Source: Eubacteriales bacterium
GTDB lineage: Bacteria; Bacillota; Clostridia; Oscillospirales; CAG-382
NCBI GenBank assembly: GCA_045652625.1
Contig: JAZRUR010000033.1
Span: 1 to 60,772 of the forward strand
DNA: 60,772 nucleotides
Direction of reading: 5' to 3'
Part shown: one piece after another, positions 44,930-53,694 of the stretch
Layout of the letters: each line of letters opens with the position of its first letter
Numbering within the stretch: position 1 is the stretch's first letter
Translations under genes and position numbers: made by a program
The notes under the pieces: generated by a model
The model's input: the letters and a program-made list of their open reading frames with translations, nothing else
What the model was told of the DNA's origin: nothing
The model's database searches: none

Positions 44930-45640
44930 ATGCTTATGATAAATAAGAATAACCATTGCTGTTACGATTCGGATTGTTCAGAGGAAAACAGAGAACTCGA
45001 GAATAATCCGCTCCCAAACCAAAGCGTTACAACGGTAGGGAACGGAATATGTATACACTCTATGGTCATTGCAGGACAGATAGAGGGACATTTTGCGGCA
45101 TCGCCCCAAAGTAAATCGACTAAATACGAACAATGCATACCGACACTTGTTGCGGTTGAGGAAAACGATGATATAGACGGTCTTTTGCTTTTGCTTAATA
45201 CGATAGGCGGAGATATAGAAGCGGGACTTGCAATAGCAGAACTTATTGCAGGTATGACAAAACCCACCGTTTCTATCGTTTTGGGCGGCGGACATTCGAT
45301 AGGCGTACCCTTGGCGGTTTCGGCGAAAAAATCTTTTATTGTGCCGAGTGCGACCATGACCTTGCACCCCGTAAGATTAAACGGATTGGTTATCGGTGTG
45401 CCTCAAACGTTTGCCAACCTTGCCAAAATGCAGGAACGTATTATTGAATTTATCGTGCGCAACTCGCGCGTTGACGGCGAAACGGTAAGACGATTAATGA
45501 CTGCAACAGATGATATGACAACAGATATAGGTACAGTAATTGACGGCAGGGAAGCGGTCGAGTACGGAATTATAGATTCTGTAGGCGGTTTAGGCGATGC
45601 GGTAAGCGAACTAAAAAGAATGATATCAGAAAAACGATGA
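44930..45640 (+). CDS. tepA: ClpP-like translocation-enhancing protein TepA
   Basis: IAGQIEGH, TKYEQ, LNTIGGDIEAGLAIAE, LGGGHSIGVPLA, TMTLHPVRLNGLVIGVPQTF. Confidence 0.85.
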   Translation: MLMINKNNHCCYDSDCSEENRELENNPLPNQSVTTVGNGICIHSMVIAGQIEGHFAASPQSKSTKYEQCIPTLVAVEENDDIDGLLLLLNTIGGDIEAGLAIAELIAGMTKPTVSIVLGGGHSIGVPLAVSAKKSFIVPSATMTLHPVRLNGLVIGVPQTFANLAKMQERIIEFIVRNSRVDGETVRRLMTATDDMTTDIGTVIDGREAVEYGIIDSVGGLGDAVSELKRMISEKR

Positions 45641-45707
45641 AACTCTTTACTTTTTGTTATTGCTGTGATATAATACGTCCAAGAATTAACAAAGGAGTTG
45701 TTAAATA

Positions 45708-46019
45708 ATGGAAGTTTTTGTTAACGAACAGAACTTTGAAAAAGAGGTTATAAAGTCCGATATTCCCGTTTTGTTGCTTTTTGAGGCAAATTGGAATCCT
45801 GCCTGCGATTTGGTCAGACCCACAATCGCCGAACTCGAAAAAGAGTATGACGGCAAAATCAAGGTGGCAAGACTCGACGTTGACGAATCGCCCGAAATAG
45901 CCAGAAAATATTATCTTTATACTTGTCCCACCGTTATGTATTTCAAAAACGGCGAAAATCTGGCAACAACCGTAGGTTACAGACCGAAGAGCACTTTTGT
46001 AAATATTATAAATAAGTAA
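45708..46019 (+). CDS. Thioredoxin-fold protein with atypical active site (WNPAC)
   Basis: NFEKEVIKSDIPVLL, VARLDVDE, PTVMYFKNGE; N-terminal CxxC cysteine replaced by Asn. Confidence 0.85.
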   Translation: MEVFVNEQNFEKEVIKSDIPVLLLFEANWNPACDLVRPTIAELEKEYDGKIKVARLDVDESPEIARKYYLYTCPTVMYFKNGENLATTVGYRPKSTFVNIINK

Positions 46020-46024
46020 AAAAT

Positions 46025-46056
46025 AAGGCTGTTACGTTTTAAAGCGCAACAGCCTT
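46025..46056. terminator. Bidirectional terminator
   Basis: AAGGCTGTT..AACAGCCTT hairpin between convergent genes. Confidence 0.7.
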
Positions 46057-46065
46057 TGTTTTTTG

Positions 46066-47652
46066 TTATTCTGTTTCTATTCTCTTGATTTCGTGTTCAG
46101 GACCGACTAACCCGACAAGCAGTTTGCGTATCTCGTCTTCTTCGAAAAACCTTGCGCGGAGAACGAGCGTATCTCCGGCATAAAGTTTCTTTTCGCCGTC
46201 GTTGTCGAGGTCTTTTTTTGTTTCGTCGGCGCGTTTTATGCTAACGACAACCGATGACGACGGCCACATGACGTCGCGTACCGCTTTTCCGACAACGAAC
46301 GAATTATGGGAAACCGTCATTTCAAAACAAGCGATAATCGGTTCTCTGCCTTGGTTTTGCGCATGTTCCATTTTTTCAAGCGCATGATCGTAAAACGGAG
46401 TTTGGTTTGTCATTTCGGTGATGAACGTAACGGTGAAAATAACAAGCGCAACGAACAACATATTCGAAAATTGTCCCGAAAGTTCTAAGAAAAGCACCGT
46501 GGAAGTAAGGGGAGCACGTAAAGTTCCGCCGATGAATGCACACATTCCAAGGAAAACCACGGCAGGGAAGAGCGATTCTTCCATACCCATAGCCAAAAGC
46601 AATTTTGCAGAAAGTGCCGAAAATGCCGCACCTATAGCAAGAGTCGGAATAAAAATACCGCCCGTCACGCTGCTGTCGGTTACGAAAAGCATCATTATTA
46701 ATCTAACCGCAAATAAGATAAACAGAAAAATTGCGGTTTTGTTGTTTTCCATAACCTGTTCTATTGTGTGATGTCCGCTGTAAAGCGCATCGTTAAAACA
46801 GAACGCCAAAATGCCTGTAATAACAAAAACGGCAATAAGTTTAACAGGCGCAGTAAGGAATTTGATTCTTTTTGTAAGATTGCCGAAAAACTCAATGGAA
46901 GAATCAAAAAGCGCAACCGCACAAGCAACCATAACTCCCAAAAGAAGCAAATAACCTATGTGCGAAAGTTCAAATTGGGCAAAGCCGTCCAAATGGAATA
47001 GGTTTGCGCTCATATCAAACAGAGAACAAAGCAGTTGGTTTATATAGGTTGCCGAAATTACCGACATCGAAACGGTAAGTACAAGCATCGGTGTAAAACG
47101 TTTGTGTATTTCTTCGAGCGCAAAAAGTATTCCCGAAAGAGGTGCGCCCGTAGCAACCGCAAAACCTGCACCCGCACCGCCCGTCATTATATAACGGTTC
47201 CAAGTGGTTTTGTTTTTGGAAATATTGCCGCACATTCTGCCGACAGACGTACCCATGAGCACGGCAGGACCTTCGCTTCCTAACGGCAAACCGCAAAAGA
47301 AACTTATCATACTTCCGATGAAAGTTCCTGCCCACGTTTTGAACCAACGGAACGAAAGCACACCGCGCAAAACGCCCTCGCTTCTCGGGATACCGCCACC
47401 GCGTATTTCGGGTATTTTTTTATGCAATAAATACATCAATAACGCAGAGATTATTAATACGGCAAAAGTAAGGGCAATATAGATAGGTTTGCCGTCTGCC
47501 AAATCATAAAGTGACCTCGAAACCGTTTCTACTTTCTTTGCGGCAAGTTTGAAAAGAAATATGAACGCTCCCGTAATTGAACCGCATATTATTCCGTAAT
47601 AAATGCAAGGGAACACGTTTGCAATATATTCTTTGTATTTGTAATGTTTCAA
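46066..47652 (-). CDS. ClC family H+/Cl- transporter with C-terminal TrkA-C (RCK_C) domain
   Basis: GGGIP, GSEGP, APLSGILFALEE, GGIFIP, RAPLTS; TTG start with SD GAAGG. Confidence 0.88.
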   Translation of the reverse strand: MKHYKYKEYIANVFPCIYYGIICGSITGAFIFLFKLAAKKVETVSRSLYDLADGKPIYIALTFAVLIISALLMYLLHKKIPEIRGGGIPRSEGVLRGVLSFRWFKTWAGTFIGSMISFFCGLPLGSEGPAVLMGTSVGRMCGNISKNKTTWNRYIMTGGAGAGFAVATGAPLSGILFALEEIHKRFTPMLVLTVSMSVISATYINQLLCSLFDMSANLFHLDGFAQFELSHIGYLLLLGVMVACAVALFDSSIEFFGNLTKRIKFLTAPVKLIAVFVITGILAFCFNDALYSGHHTIEQVMENNKTAIFLFILFAVRLIMMLFVTDSSVTGGIFIPTLAIGAAFSALSAKLLLAMGMEESLFPAVVFLGMCAFIGGTLRAPLTSTVLFLELSGQFSNMLFVALVIFTVTFITEMTNQTPFYDHALEKMEHAQNQGREPIIACFEMTVSHNSFVVGKAVRDVMWPSSSVVVSIKRADETKKDLDNDGEKKLYAGDTLVLRARFFEEDEIRKLLVGLVGPEHEIKRIETE

Positions 47653-47893
47653 GAAAACGCCTTCTATCTGTTATTTTTTTGATACCACATTATAAACCAA
47701 CGATTTGTTTTTGTCGATGACTTTTTTAAAAATTTGTCGAATAAATATGAAAATTTCACGGAAAATACGTTGAGAAAAGATATATGGTTTTCGAAACTAT
47801 CACAAATAATAATAAATATTATTTAATATAGGTATTGAAATTACATTCGGGCTGTGGTATAATAAAGAAAATGAATTTTCCTAAAGGAAGGAA

Positions 47894-49585
47894 ATGTCAA
47901 TGAGTATTTACGAGGAATTCTTAAAAAAGAATCATAAAATAAGACCTGTTTATGATTTTCGTCAGTTGGTATATGAAAGTGCAGAGCATTTCGGTAATTT
48001 ACCTGCTTTTGTTTTGCGCGATAAAACCGTGACCTATTCCGAACTTGAAAAGGAATATAAAGCGCTGTGCACCGCGTTCATTAATCGAGGATATAAAGAT
48101 AAACGTGTTGCAGTTATCGGTGCAAACAGTTACGGCTGGATACTTTCTTATCTTGCATCGGCAAGTGTCGGCGTTACAGTACCGATAGATAAGGAACTGT
48201 CTGTTGAAGATATGATAGAGTTTGTAAAAGCAGCGGAATGTGTTGCTATAGTTGCGGACGATGCGATCATATCTAAAATAGATTGCGAAAACGTTGATAA
48301 GTATTCTATCAACGAAAGCAAGAACGGCATCGAATCGCTTTCCGCCCTTATAAAAGAAGGCGAAAAACTTTATGCCGACGGTAATAACGAAATCGACACA
48401 ATGCCTATGGATGCCGAAAGTATGAGCATACTTATTTTCACCTCGGGTACTACCGGCAATTCAAAAGGCGTTTGCCTTTCGCAAAAAAACATTTGCGCAA
48501 ATATCAACTCTACCGCACGTATGGTAAAAGTAGATCCGACGCTCCATTCGCTTTCGGTACTGCCGCTTCACCACACTTATGAAACTACGCTCGGCCATTT
48601 GCTGTTGCTGTCGGGCGGTTCGTGTATTTCTTATGCGGACGGATTGCGTCAGGTGGCAAAAAATATTTCGGAATACCGTCCCAGCGTTCTTATTGTTGTT
48701 CCGTTGCTTTTGGAGTTTATATTAAAAAGAGTAGATGCTTCGATCCGCAAATCGTTGCCTTCTAAATTGCTTCCGCCCGAAGACGTTTCGCTTTTGGATA
48801 TGCTCAAAGGTTTTCCTGCGATCATCCGTTTTATAGTTAAACGTAAGGTGAGAAAATCGCTTGGCGGTGAATTAAGGCTTTTAATAGTCGGTGCCGCACC
48901 GATAAAACCCGAAGTTATCGAAACTTTTATGTTTTTGGGTATAACCACCTACCAAGGATACGGTCTTACCGAAACTTCTCCGCTACTTGCAGGAAATAAC
49001 GATTTTTACATGAACGTTAATGCGGTCGGACTTCCTATACCCGGAGTAGAGATAAAAATAGAGAATCCCAACGATGAGGGTATCGGTGAGGTAATAGCCA
49101 AGGGCGATAACATTATGTTGGGCTATTACAACGCTCCCGAAGAAACGGCTCATACAATGCGCGGCGGGTATTTCCATACGGGCGACTTGGGTTATCTTGA
49201 CGATGACGGATTTTTGTATATTACCGGCAGATGCAAAAACGTCATTGTTGCGCAAAACGGTAAGAATATATATCCCGAAGAACTCGAAACACGCCTTGTT
49301 GAGGAAGAGTTTATTTCCGAAGCGCTTGTTTTGGGAGTTCCGAATTCGAAAGGCGGAATGGCGGTTAAGGCAAAAGTGTTCCCGTGCATCGAAAAAATAA
49401 AAGAGGCATACGGCGAAAAAACACCGTCTGAAGAAGATATTCGTAAAGAAATTTCGACAGTAATATCTAAGATCAACGATAAATTGCCTACCTATAAGAA
49501 GATAATAGTAACCGAAGTCGTTTGGGAAGCGTTTGAAAAGACCACTACCAAGAAAATAAAACGGTTCGGTAATAACGTTATTTAA
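47894..49585 (+). CDS. Long-chain fatty acid-CoA ligase (paralogue of 1472-3175)
   Basis: FTSGTTGNSKG, LPLHHTYE, GYGLTETSP, FHTGDLG, GKNIYPEELE. Confidence 0.9.
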   Translation: MSMSIYEEFLKKNHKIRPVYDFRQLVYESAEHFGNLPAFVLRDKTVTYSELEKEYKALCTAFINRGYKDKRVAVIGANSYGWILSYLASASVGVTVPIDKELSVEDMIEFVKAAECVAIVADDAIISKIDCENVDKYSINESKNGIESLSALIKEGEKLYADGNNEIDTMPMDAESMSILIFTSGTTGNSKGVCLSQKNICANINSTARMVKVDPTLHSLSVLPLHHTYETTLGHLLLLSGGSCISYADGLRQVAKNISEYRPSVLIVVPLLLEFILKRVDASIRKSLPSKLLPPEDVSLLDMLKGFPAIIRFIVKRKVRKSLGGELRLLIVGAAPIKPEVIETFMFLGITTYQGYGLTETSPLLAGNNDFYMNVNAVGLPIPGVEIKIENPNDEGIGEVIAKGDNIMLGYYNAPEETAHTMRGGYFHTGDLGYLDDDGFLYITGRCKNVIVAQNGKNIYPEELETRLVEEEFISEALVLGVPNSKGGMAVKAKVFPCIEKIKEAYGEKTPSEEDIRKEISTVISKINDKLPTYKKIIVTEVVWEAFEKTTTKKIKRFGNNVI

Positions 49586-49602
49586 GTTCTCCTTTGAAAT
49601 AT

Positions 49603-49643
49603 AAAAGAAACGGGGTTGGTGTTGTACCAATTCCGTTTCTTTT
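49603..49643. terminator. Bidirectional terminator
   Basis: AAAAGAAACGG..TTGGT / ACCAA..CCGTTTCTTTT. Confidence 0.7.
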
Positions 49644-49655
49644 TATGTAAAATAT

Positions 49656-50330
49656 TTAATCTATTTTCCAATTAATTTCTTCTTTTCCGACCGAGCGTAA
49701 AAACTCGTTGCATTTGGAAAAATGTTTGCAACCGAAAAATCCGTTATATGCCGATAGCGGACTCGGGTGAGCAGATTCGAGCACATAATGCTGTTTTCCT
49801 GTGATAAGCGATTTCTTGGCTCTCGCATATCCGCCCCAAAGTATAAAGCATATAGGGTCTTTTCGCTCGTTAAGCAGGGAAATGGCTCTGTCGGTGAAAA
49901 ACTCCCACCCTTTGTTTCGATGGCTACCTGCATTTCCTGCGCGTACTGTGAGCACGCTGTTTAAAAGCATAACGCCGTTTTTTGCCCATTGGGTGAGTTC
50001 TCCGTGATTGGGAGGAGTAATGCCGAGGTCGCTTTGAAGTTCTTTGAAGATATTAACAAGAGAGGGCGGCTTTTCTATCCCTTTTTTAACCGAAAAACAA
50101 AGACCGTGCGCCTGACCTGCGCCGTGATAAGGGTCTTGACCGATAATAACGGCACGGACGTTTTCGTAAGATGTATATTTAAACGCATTGAAAATATCGT
50201 TCATATCTGGATAAATCGGCACACCTGATTTAAGGTATTCGCTTTTCAAAAAGGCGCGAAGCGTAAGATAATAATCCTTCTCGGCTTCGCTTTGCATGAG
50301 CGCGTCCCATGAATTGCCGAACTTGAACAT
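49656..50330 (-). CDS. ung: Uracil-DNA glycosylase family 1
   Basis: GQDPYH, AHGLCFSV, PPSL, HPSPLS; start ATG 50330 with SD GGAGGG. Confidence 0.96.
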   Translation of the reverse strand: MFKFGNSWDALMQSEAEKDYYLTLRAFLKSEYLKSGVPIYPDMNDIFNAFKYTSYENVRAVIIGQDPYHGAGQAHGLCFSVKKGIEKPPSLVNIFKELQSDLGITPPNHGELTQWAKNGVMLLNSVLTVRAGNAGSHRNKGWEFFTDRAISLLNERKDPICFILWGGYARAKKSLITGKQHYVLESAHPSPLSAYNGFFGCKHFSKCNEFLRSVGKEEINWKID

Positions 50331-50395
50331 AATGCCCTCCGAATGAGTTATACCGTTATTATAGCATAAATCAAAATAAAAGCAATAAAAATTAA

Positions 50396-50424
50396 TTGAC
50401 AAATGTATAAAATAGGTTTATTAT
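50396..50424 (+). promoter_or_regulatory. Sigma-A promoter of the mgtE leader
   Basis: TTGACA-17 bp-TATTAT. Confidence 0.7.
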
Positions 50425-50446
50425 TAATTAGATAATTTTGAATTAT

Positions 50447-50602
50447 AAAGAGGTGAGATTTTAATGGATTCCGGACGAAGTAGTGGCATAAACCCCGAAA
50501 GTATCAGCGCGGAATCGGTTGAACTCTCGCCTTTTCCGCATATTTAGACTTTTGTGATGTGCCGTACTTCCTTTTCGTTTGAAATATAAGAAAGGATGTG
50601 GC
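50447..50602 (+). promoter_or_regulatory. Structured 5' leader of mgtE with mutually exclusive pairings
   Basis: Long stem AGGTGAGA/TCTCGCCT + GATTCCG/CGGAATC; segment 50558-50574 pairs with either 50477-50490 or the SD region 50591-50602. Confidence 0.6.
50464..50547 (+). CDS. Putative 27-aa leader peptide (MDSGRSSGINPESISAESVELSPFPHI)
   Basis: SD GAGGTG 8 nt before ATG, TAG stop; embedded in alternative RNA structures upstream of mgtE. Confidence 0.5.
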   Translation: MDSGRSSGINPESISAESVELSPFPHI

Positions 50603-50605
50603 TTT

Positions 50606-51961
50606 ATGGAAAAAGAGCAGTTGCTTGATTTCGTCAACTCTCATTTGGAGATGGGCGATTATCAATCTATACGAAACGTACTTGTTGACTATGAACCTTT
50701 TGACCTTGCCGAGTTTTGTGAAGAACTTGACGAGGCGCATCTGCCGATAGTTTTTCGTCTTATGGGGAAAGATTTGGCGGCAGAATGTTTTTCGGATATG
50801 TCATCTGAATTACAGGAGTTGCTTATCCGCCGTATGACCGATGCCGAATTGAAAGCGGTGTTGGACGAACTTTATATCGACGATACCGTTGATATTATCG
50901 AAGAAATGCCTGCAAATGTTGCGGCGCGTATGCTCAGGAACTCCGACCCTGCTTCGCGTGAGCAGATCAACCAAATTTTAAATTACCCTAAGGATAGCGC
51001 AGGTAGTATAATGACGGTCGAATATGTCCGTCTTGATCGAAACATGAGTGTTACCGACGCTTTTTCGCGTATCCGCCGTGTTGGTACGGAAAAGGAAACG
51101 ATTTATACCTGTTATGTCACCGAATCGGATAGAAAACTCGTAGGTGTGGTTACGGCAATGGACCTTATGCTTGCCGAAACCGATACACTTATTTCGGAAA
51201 TAATGGAAACAAACGTGATTTCCACAAAAACCGATGACGATAGGGAATCGGTAGTTAAAAAATTCACCGACTACGATTTTCTTGCACTTCCCGTTGTAGA
51301 CAGGGATAACCGTCTTGTCGGTATCGTCACGGTCGATGACGCTTTTGACGTTGCACTTGAAGAAGCGACCGAAGATGTCGAAAAAATGGCAGGTATTACG
51401 CCGTCGGATAAACCGTATTTAAAAGTGGGTGTTATTGAAACATGGCTGTCGCGTGTGCCTTGGCTTATGCTTCTTATGCTTTCCGCTACATTTACCGGCG
51501 CGATAATTTCTAGTTATGAAACAGCGTTAAGCAAACTTGTTATACTGACCTCGTTTATACCTATGCTTATGGGTACTGCAGGTAATGCAGGTGGACAAAG
51601 TTCGGTTACGGTAATACGTGCGCTTTCGCTTAGCGATGTTGTTCCTGCCGATATATTGCGCGTATTATGGAAAGAATTCCGCGTTTCCTGTCTTTGCGGT
51701 ATTTCACTTGCGGCAGTCGGATACTTAAAGGCTATTTGGCTTGACGGGGCAGATGCTTTGGTTGCGCTTGTTGTTTGCCTTACACTTTTTGCGACCGTTG
51801 TTGCCGCAAAAGTGGTGGGATGTTGTTTCCCGATGCTTATTAAAAAATTGGGATTTGACCCTGCTGTTGTTGCAAACCCCTTTATGACAACGGTTATTGA
51901 TGCACTTGCGTTGGTCGTTTACTTTGCTGTTGCGACCGCATTGATTCCTGCGTTGGCATAA
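50606..51961 (+). CDS. mgtE: Magnesium transporter MgtE
   Basis: N domain, CBS pair (SAGSIMT, LPVVD, GIVTVDD), PMLMGTAGNAGGQS, DPAVVANPFMTTVID; start ATG 50606 with SD AGAAAGGA. Confidence 0.95.
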   Translation: MEKEQLLDFVNSHLEMGDYQSIRNVLVDYEPFDLAEFCEELDEAHLPIVFRLMGKDLAAECFSDMSSELQELLIRRMTDAELKAVLDELYIDDTVDIIEEMPANVAARMLRNSDPASREQINQILNYPKDSAGSIMTVEYVRLDRNMSVTDAFSRIRRVGTEKETIYTCYVTESDRKLVGVVTAMDLMLAETDTLISEIMETNVISTKTDDDRESVVKKFTDYDFLALPVVDRDNRLVGIVTVDDAFDVALEEATEDVEKMAGITPSDKPYLKVGVIETWLSRVPWLMLLMLSATFTGAIISSYETALSKLVILTSFIPMLMGTAGNAGGQSSVTVIRALSLSDVVPADILRVLWKEFRVSCLCGISLAAVGYLKAIWLDGADALVALVVCLTLFATVVAAKVVGCCFPMLIKKLGFDPAVVANPFMTTVIDALALVVYFAVATALIPALA

Positions 51962-51990
51962 TATCGAATATTGTACATAAAGTATCAATC

Positions 51991-52020
51991 AAACCACCAG
52001 AACGTCAGTTCTGGTGGTTT
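51991..52020 (+). terminator. Terminator after mgtE
   Basis: AAACCACCAGAAC-GTCA-GTTCTGGTGGTTT. Confidence 0.8.
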
Positions 52021-52169
52021 TGTATGTGACGAAAAGGTTAAAAGATTAAAAACTTATATAAAAATAAAATAACACTCTTGCTTTATATTGTTAAATGTGA
52101 TATAATCTGTATCATCTATAATGCTATTCGTATATTTTGAATGGCAAAAACAAATTTATGGAGGCTACA

Positions 52170-53690
52170 ATGAAAAAGCATCTTAAGGTACTTTCCCTTC
52201 TTCTTGCAGTGTTGCTTTGTGCAAGTGTATTAGTTGCTTGTAACGGCGACGGAGATGAATCTTCCGGCTCTGCAACATCCAACACCGGAACTTCTGATGA
52301 GAAGTTTTCTTACGGTCCCGCCGACTACGGCGAATTCCCTTATCAGGATCAAAAATACGAAGATTCCGATCCTATCCGTATTCTTTGTGTAGAAACCGGT
52401 CGTCATAAATACGGCGAACAGCAGTTTACCTACCTCGAAGAACAAGAAGGTAACACTATTAACAGTGCTGTCCAAAACCGTAATAACTTCCTTGAAGAAA
52501 CTTACGGCATCACTTTTGAAGTTACTCCCGAACAGTATCCCAGCGAAAGAATCGCTATTCTTGTAGCGGGTGGCACTAACGAATATGACATCGTCTGTGA
52601 ATCTGTAGACAAACTTGTTCAAGGTATACCCGATGGTTACTACCGTGCCATTGACGATATTATGAACATCTCTCATCCTTGGTGGGATGAACAGGCTATA
52701 GAGTCTCTCGCTCTCGGTAGCAAACATTACTTCGTTACCGGTGATGCTATCCTTACCGACGATGACCATACCTACCTTACTCTTTACAATAAAGATATAT
52801 ATAGTAAAAACGCTGCTCTTACTGAAATGGGCAATATTTATGATATTGTACGCGAAGGCAAATTTACTATTGACCTTTATTACGAAATGTGCCGCCAAGT
52901 TTCTCATGTTGACGACAACGGTCAGTGGGGCTTCAACGCTACCTACGGTAACCTTTCTCACTCCTACGGTGCAACCATAATGGTAAACGGCTGTAACGTA
53001 GCAACCGTTCAGAAGAATGCTGACGACGAACTTTACATCAACGTAATGAACGAATCTGCTGTCAACGCATTCAATAAAGTTTACGAACTCATGTCCGATA
53101 CCCAGAATACTCAACGTGCAGAACTTATCATCGGTCAGTCTGCAACCAATCCTTCTCAGTACGGCTTCGCTGAACTTGAAGAAATGTTTACAAACGGCAG
53201 AGGTTTGTTCTACAACACCACCAGTGGTTCTGTTTCTATCCTCAAGAGCGCAAATATGGACTTCGAATTCGGTGTTCTTCCTATTCCGAAACTTGACGAA
53301 ACACAGCAAAATTACTGCTGCGCAGTTAACCGTTATCACTCCTCCGCTCTTGCTATTCCTAAATCCGTTCCTGAATCTCGTTTGGATATTGTAGCCTTTG
53401 CACTTCAGGCACTTGGTTTCTATAACGCAGACGTTATCCGTTCTTATTATCAGACCACTCTCCAACTTCAGGCAGTTCAGTCTGATGACGACGCTGAAAT
53501 GCTCGACATCGTATACAACAACCGTTTCTACGACATCGGTGCGATTTACGGTTGGGGCGGTGTAGAAGGCATCTACGGTTCTGTAAGTAATTCTGCTACT
53601 AACACTCTCGTTTCCAGATGGGAATCCATGGAATCGGCAGTTCAAACCGCTATGGATGAGGCTATAGACGCATACAACAAAGCCGATTAG
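52170..53690 (+). CDS. Extracellular solute-binding lipoprotein (carbohydrate ABC type)
   Basis: Lipobox LVAC; AVQNRN..EETYGI, PWWD, YNKD, FGVLPIPKLDETQ, EMLDIV; SD GGAGG. Confidence 0.82.
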   Translation: MKKHLKVLSLLLAVLLCASVLVACNGDGDESSGSATSNTGTSDEKFSYGPADYGEFPYQDQKYEDSDPIRILCVETGRHKYGEQQFTYLEEQEGNTINSAVQNRNNFLEETYGITFEVTPEQYPSERIAILVAGGTNEYDIVCESVDKLVQGIPDGYYRAIDDIMNISHPWWDEQAIESLALGSKHYFVTGDAILTDDDHTYLTLYNKDIYSKNAALTEMGNIYDIVREGKFTIDLYYEMCRQVSHVDDNGQWGFNATYGNLSHSYGATIMVNGCNVATVQKNADDELYINVMNESAVNAFNKVYELMSDTQNTQRAELIIGQSATNPSQYGFAELEEMFTNGRGLFYNTTSGSVSILKSANMDFEFGVLPIPKLDETQQNYCCAVNRYHSSALAIPKSVPESRLDIVAFALQALGFYNADVIRSYYQTTLQLQAVQSDDDAEMLDIVYNNRFYDIGAIYGWGGVEGIYGSVSNSATNTLVSRWESMESAVQTAMDEAIDAYNKAD

Positions 53691-53694
53691 ATAG

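Noticed and set aside
47894..49585. Recent duplication of the acyl-CoA ligase
   Set aside because: The two proteins share family motifs but are clearly diverged, and no operator dyad was seen upstream; ordinary paralogues.
50447..50602. Canonical M-box (ykoK) riboswitch
   Set aside because: Only AGGTGAG resembles its 5' end; the rest of the conserved core was not recognised. A covariance search is needed to exclude it fully.
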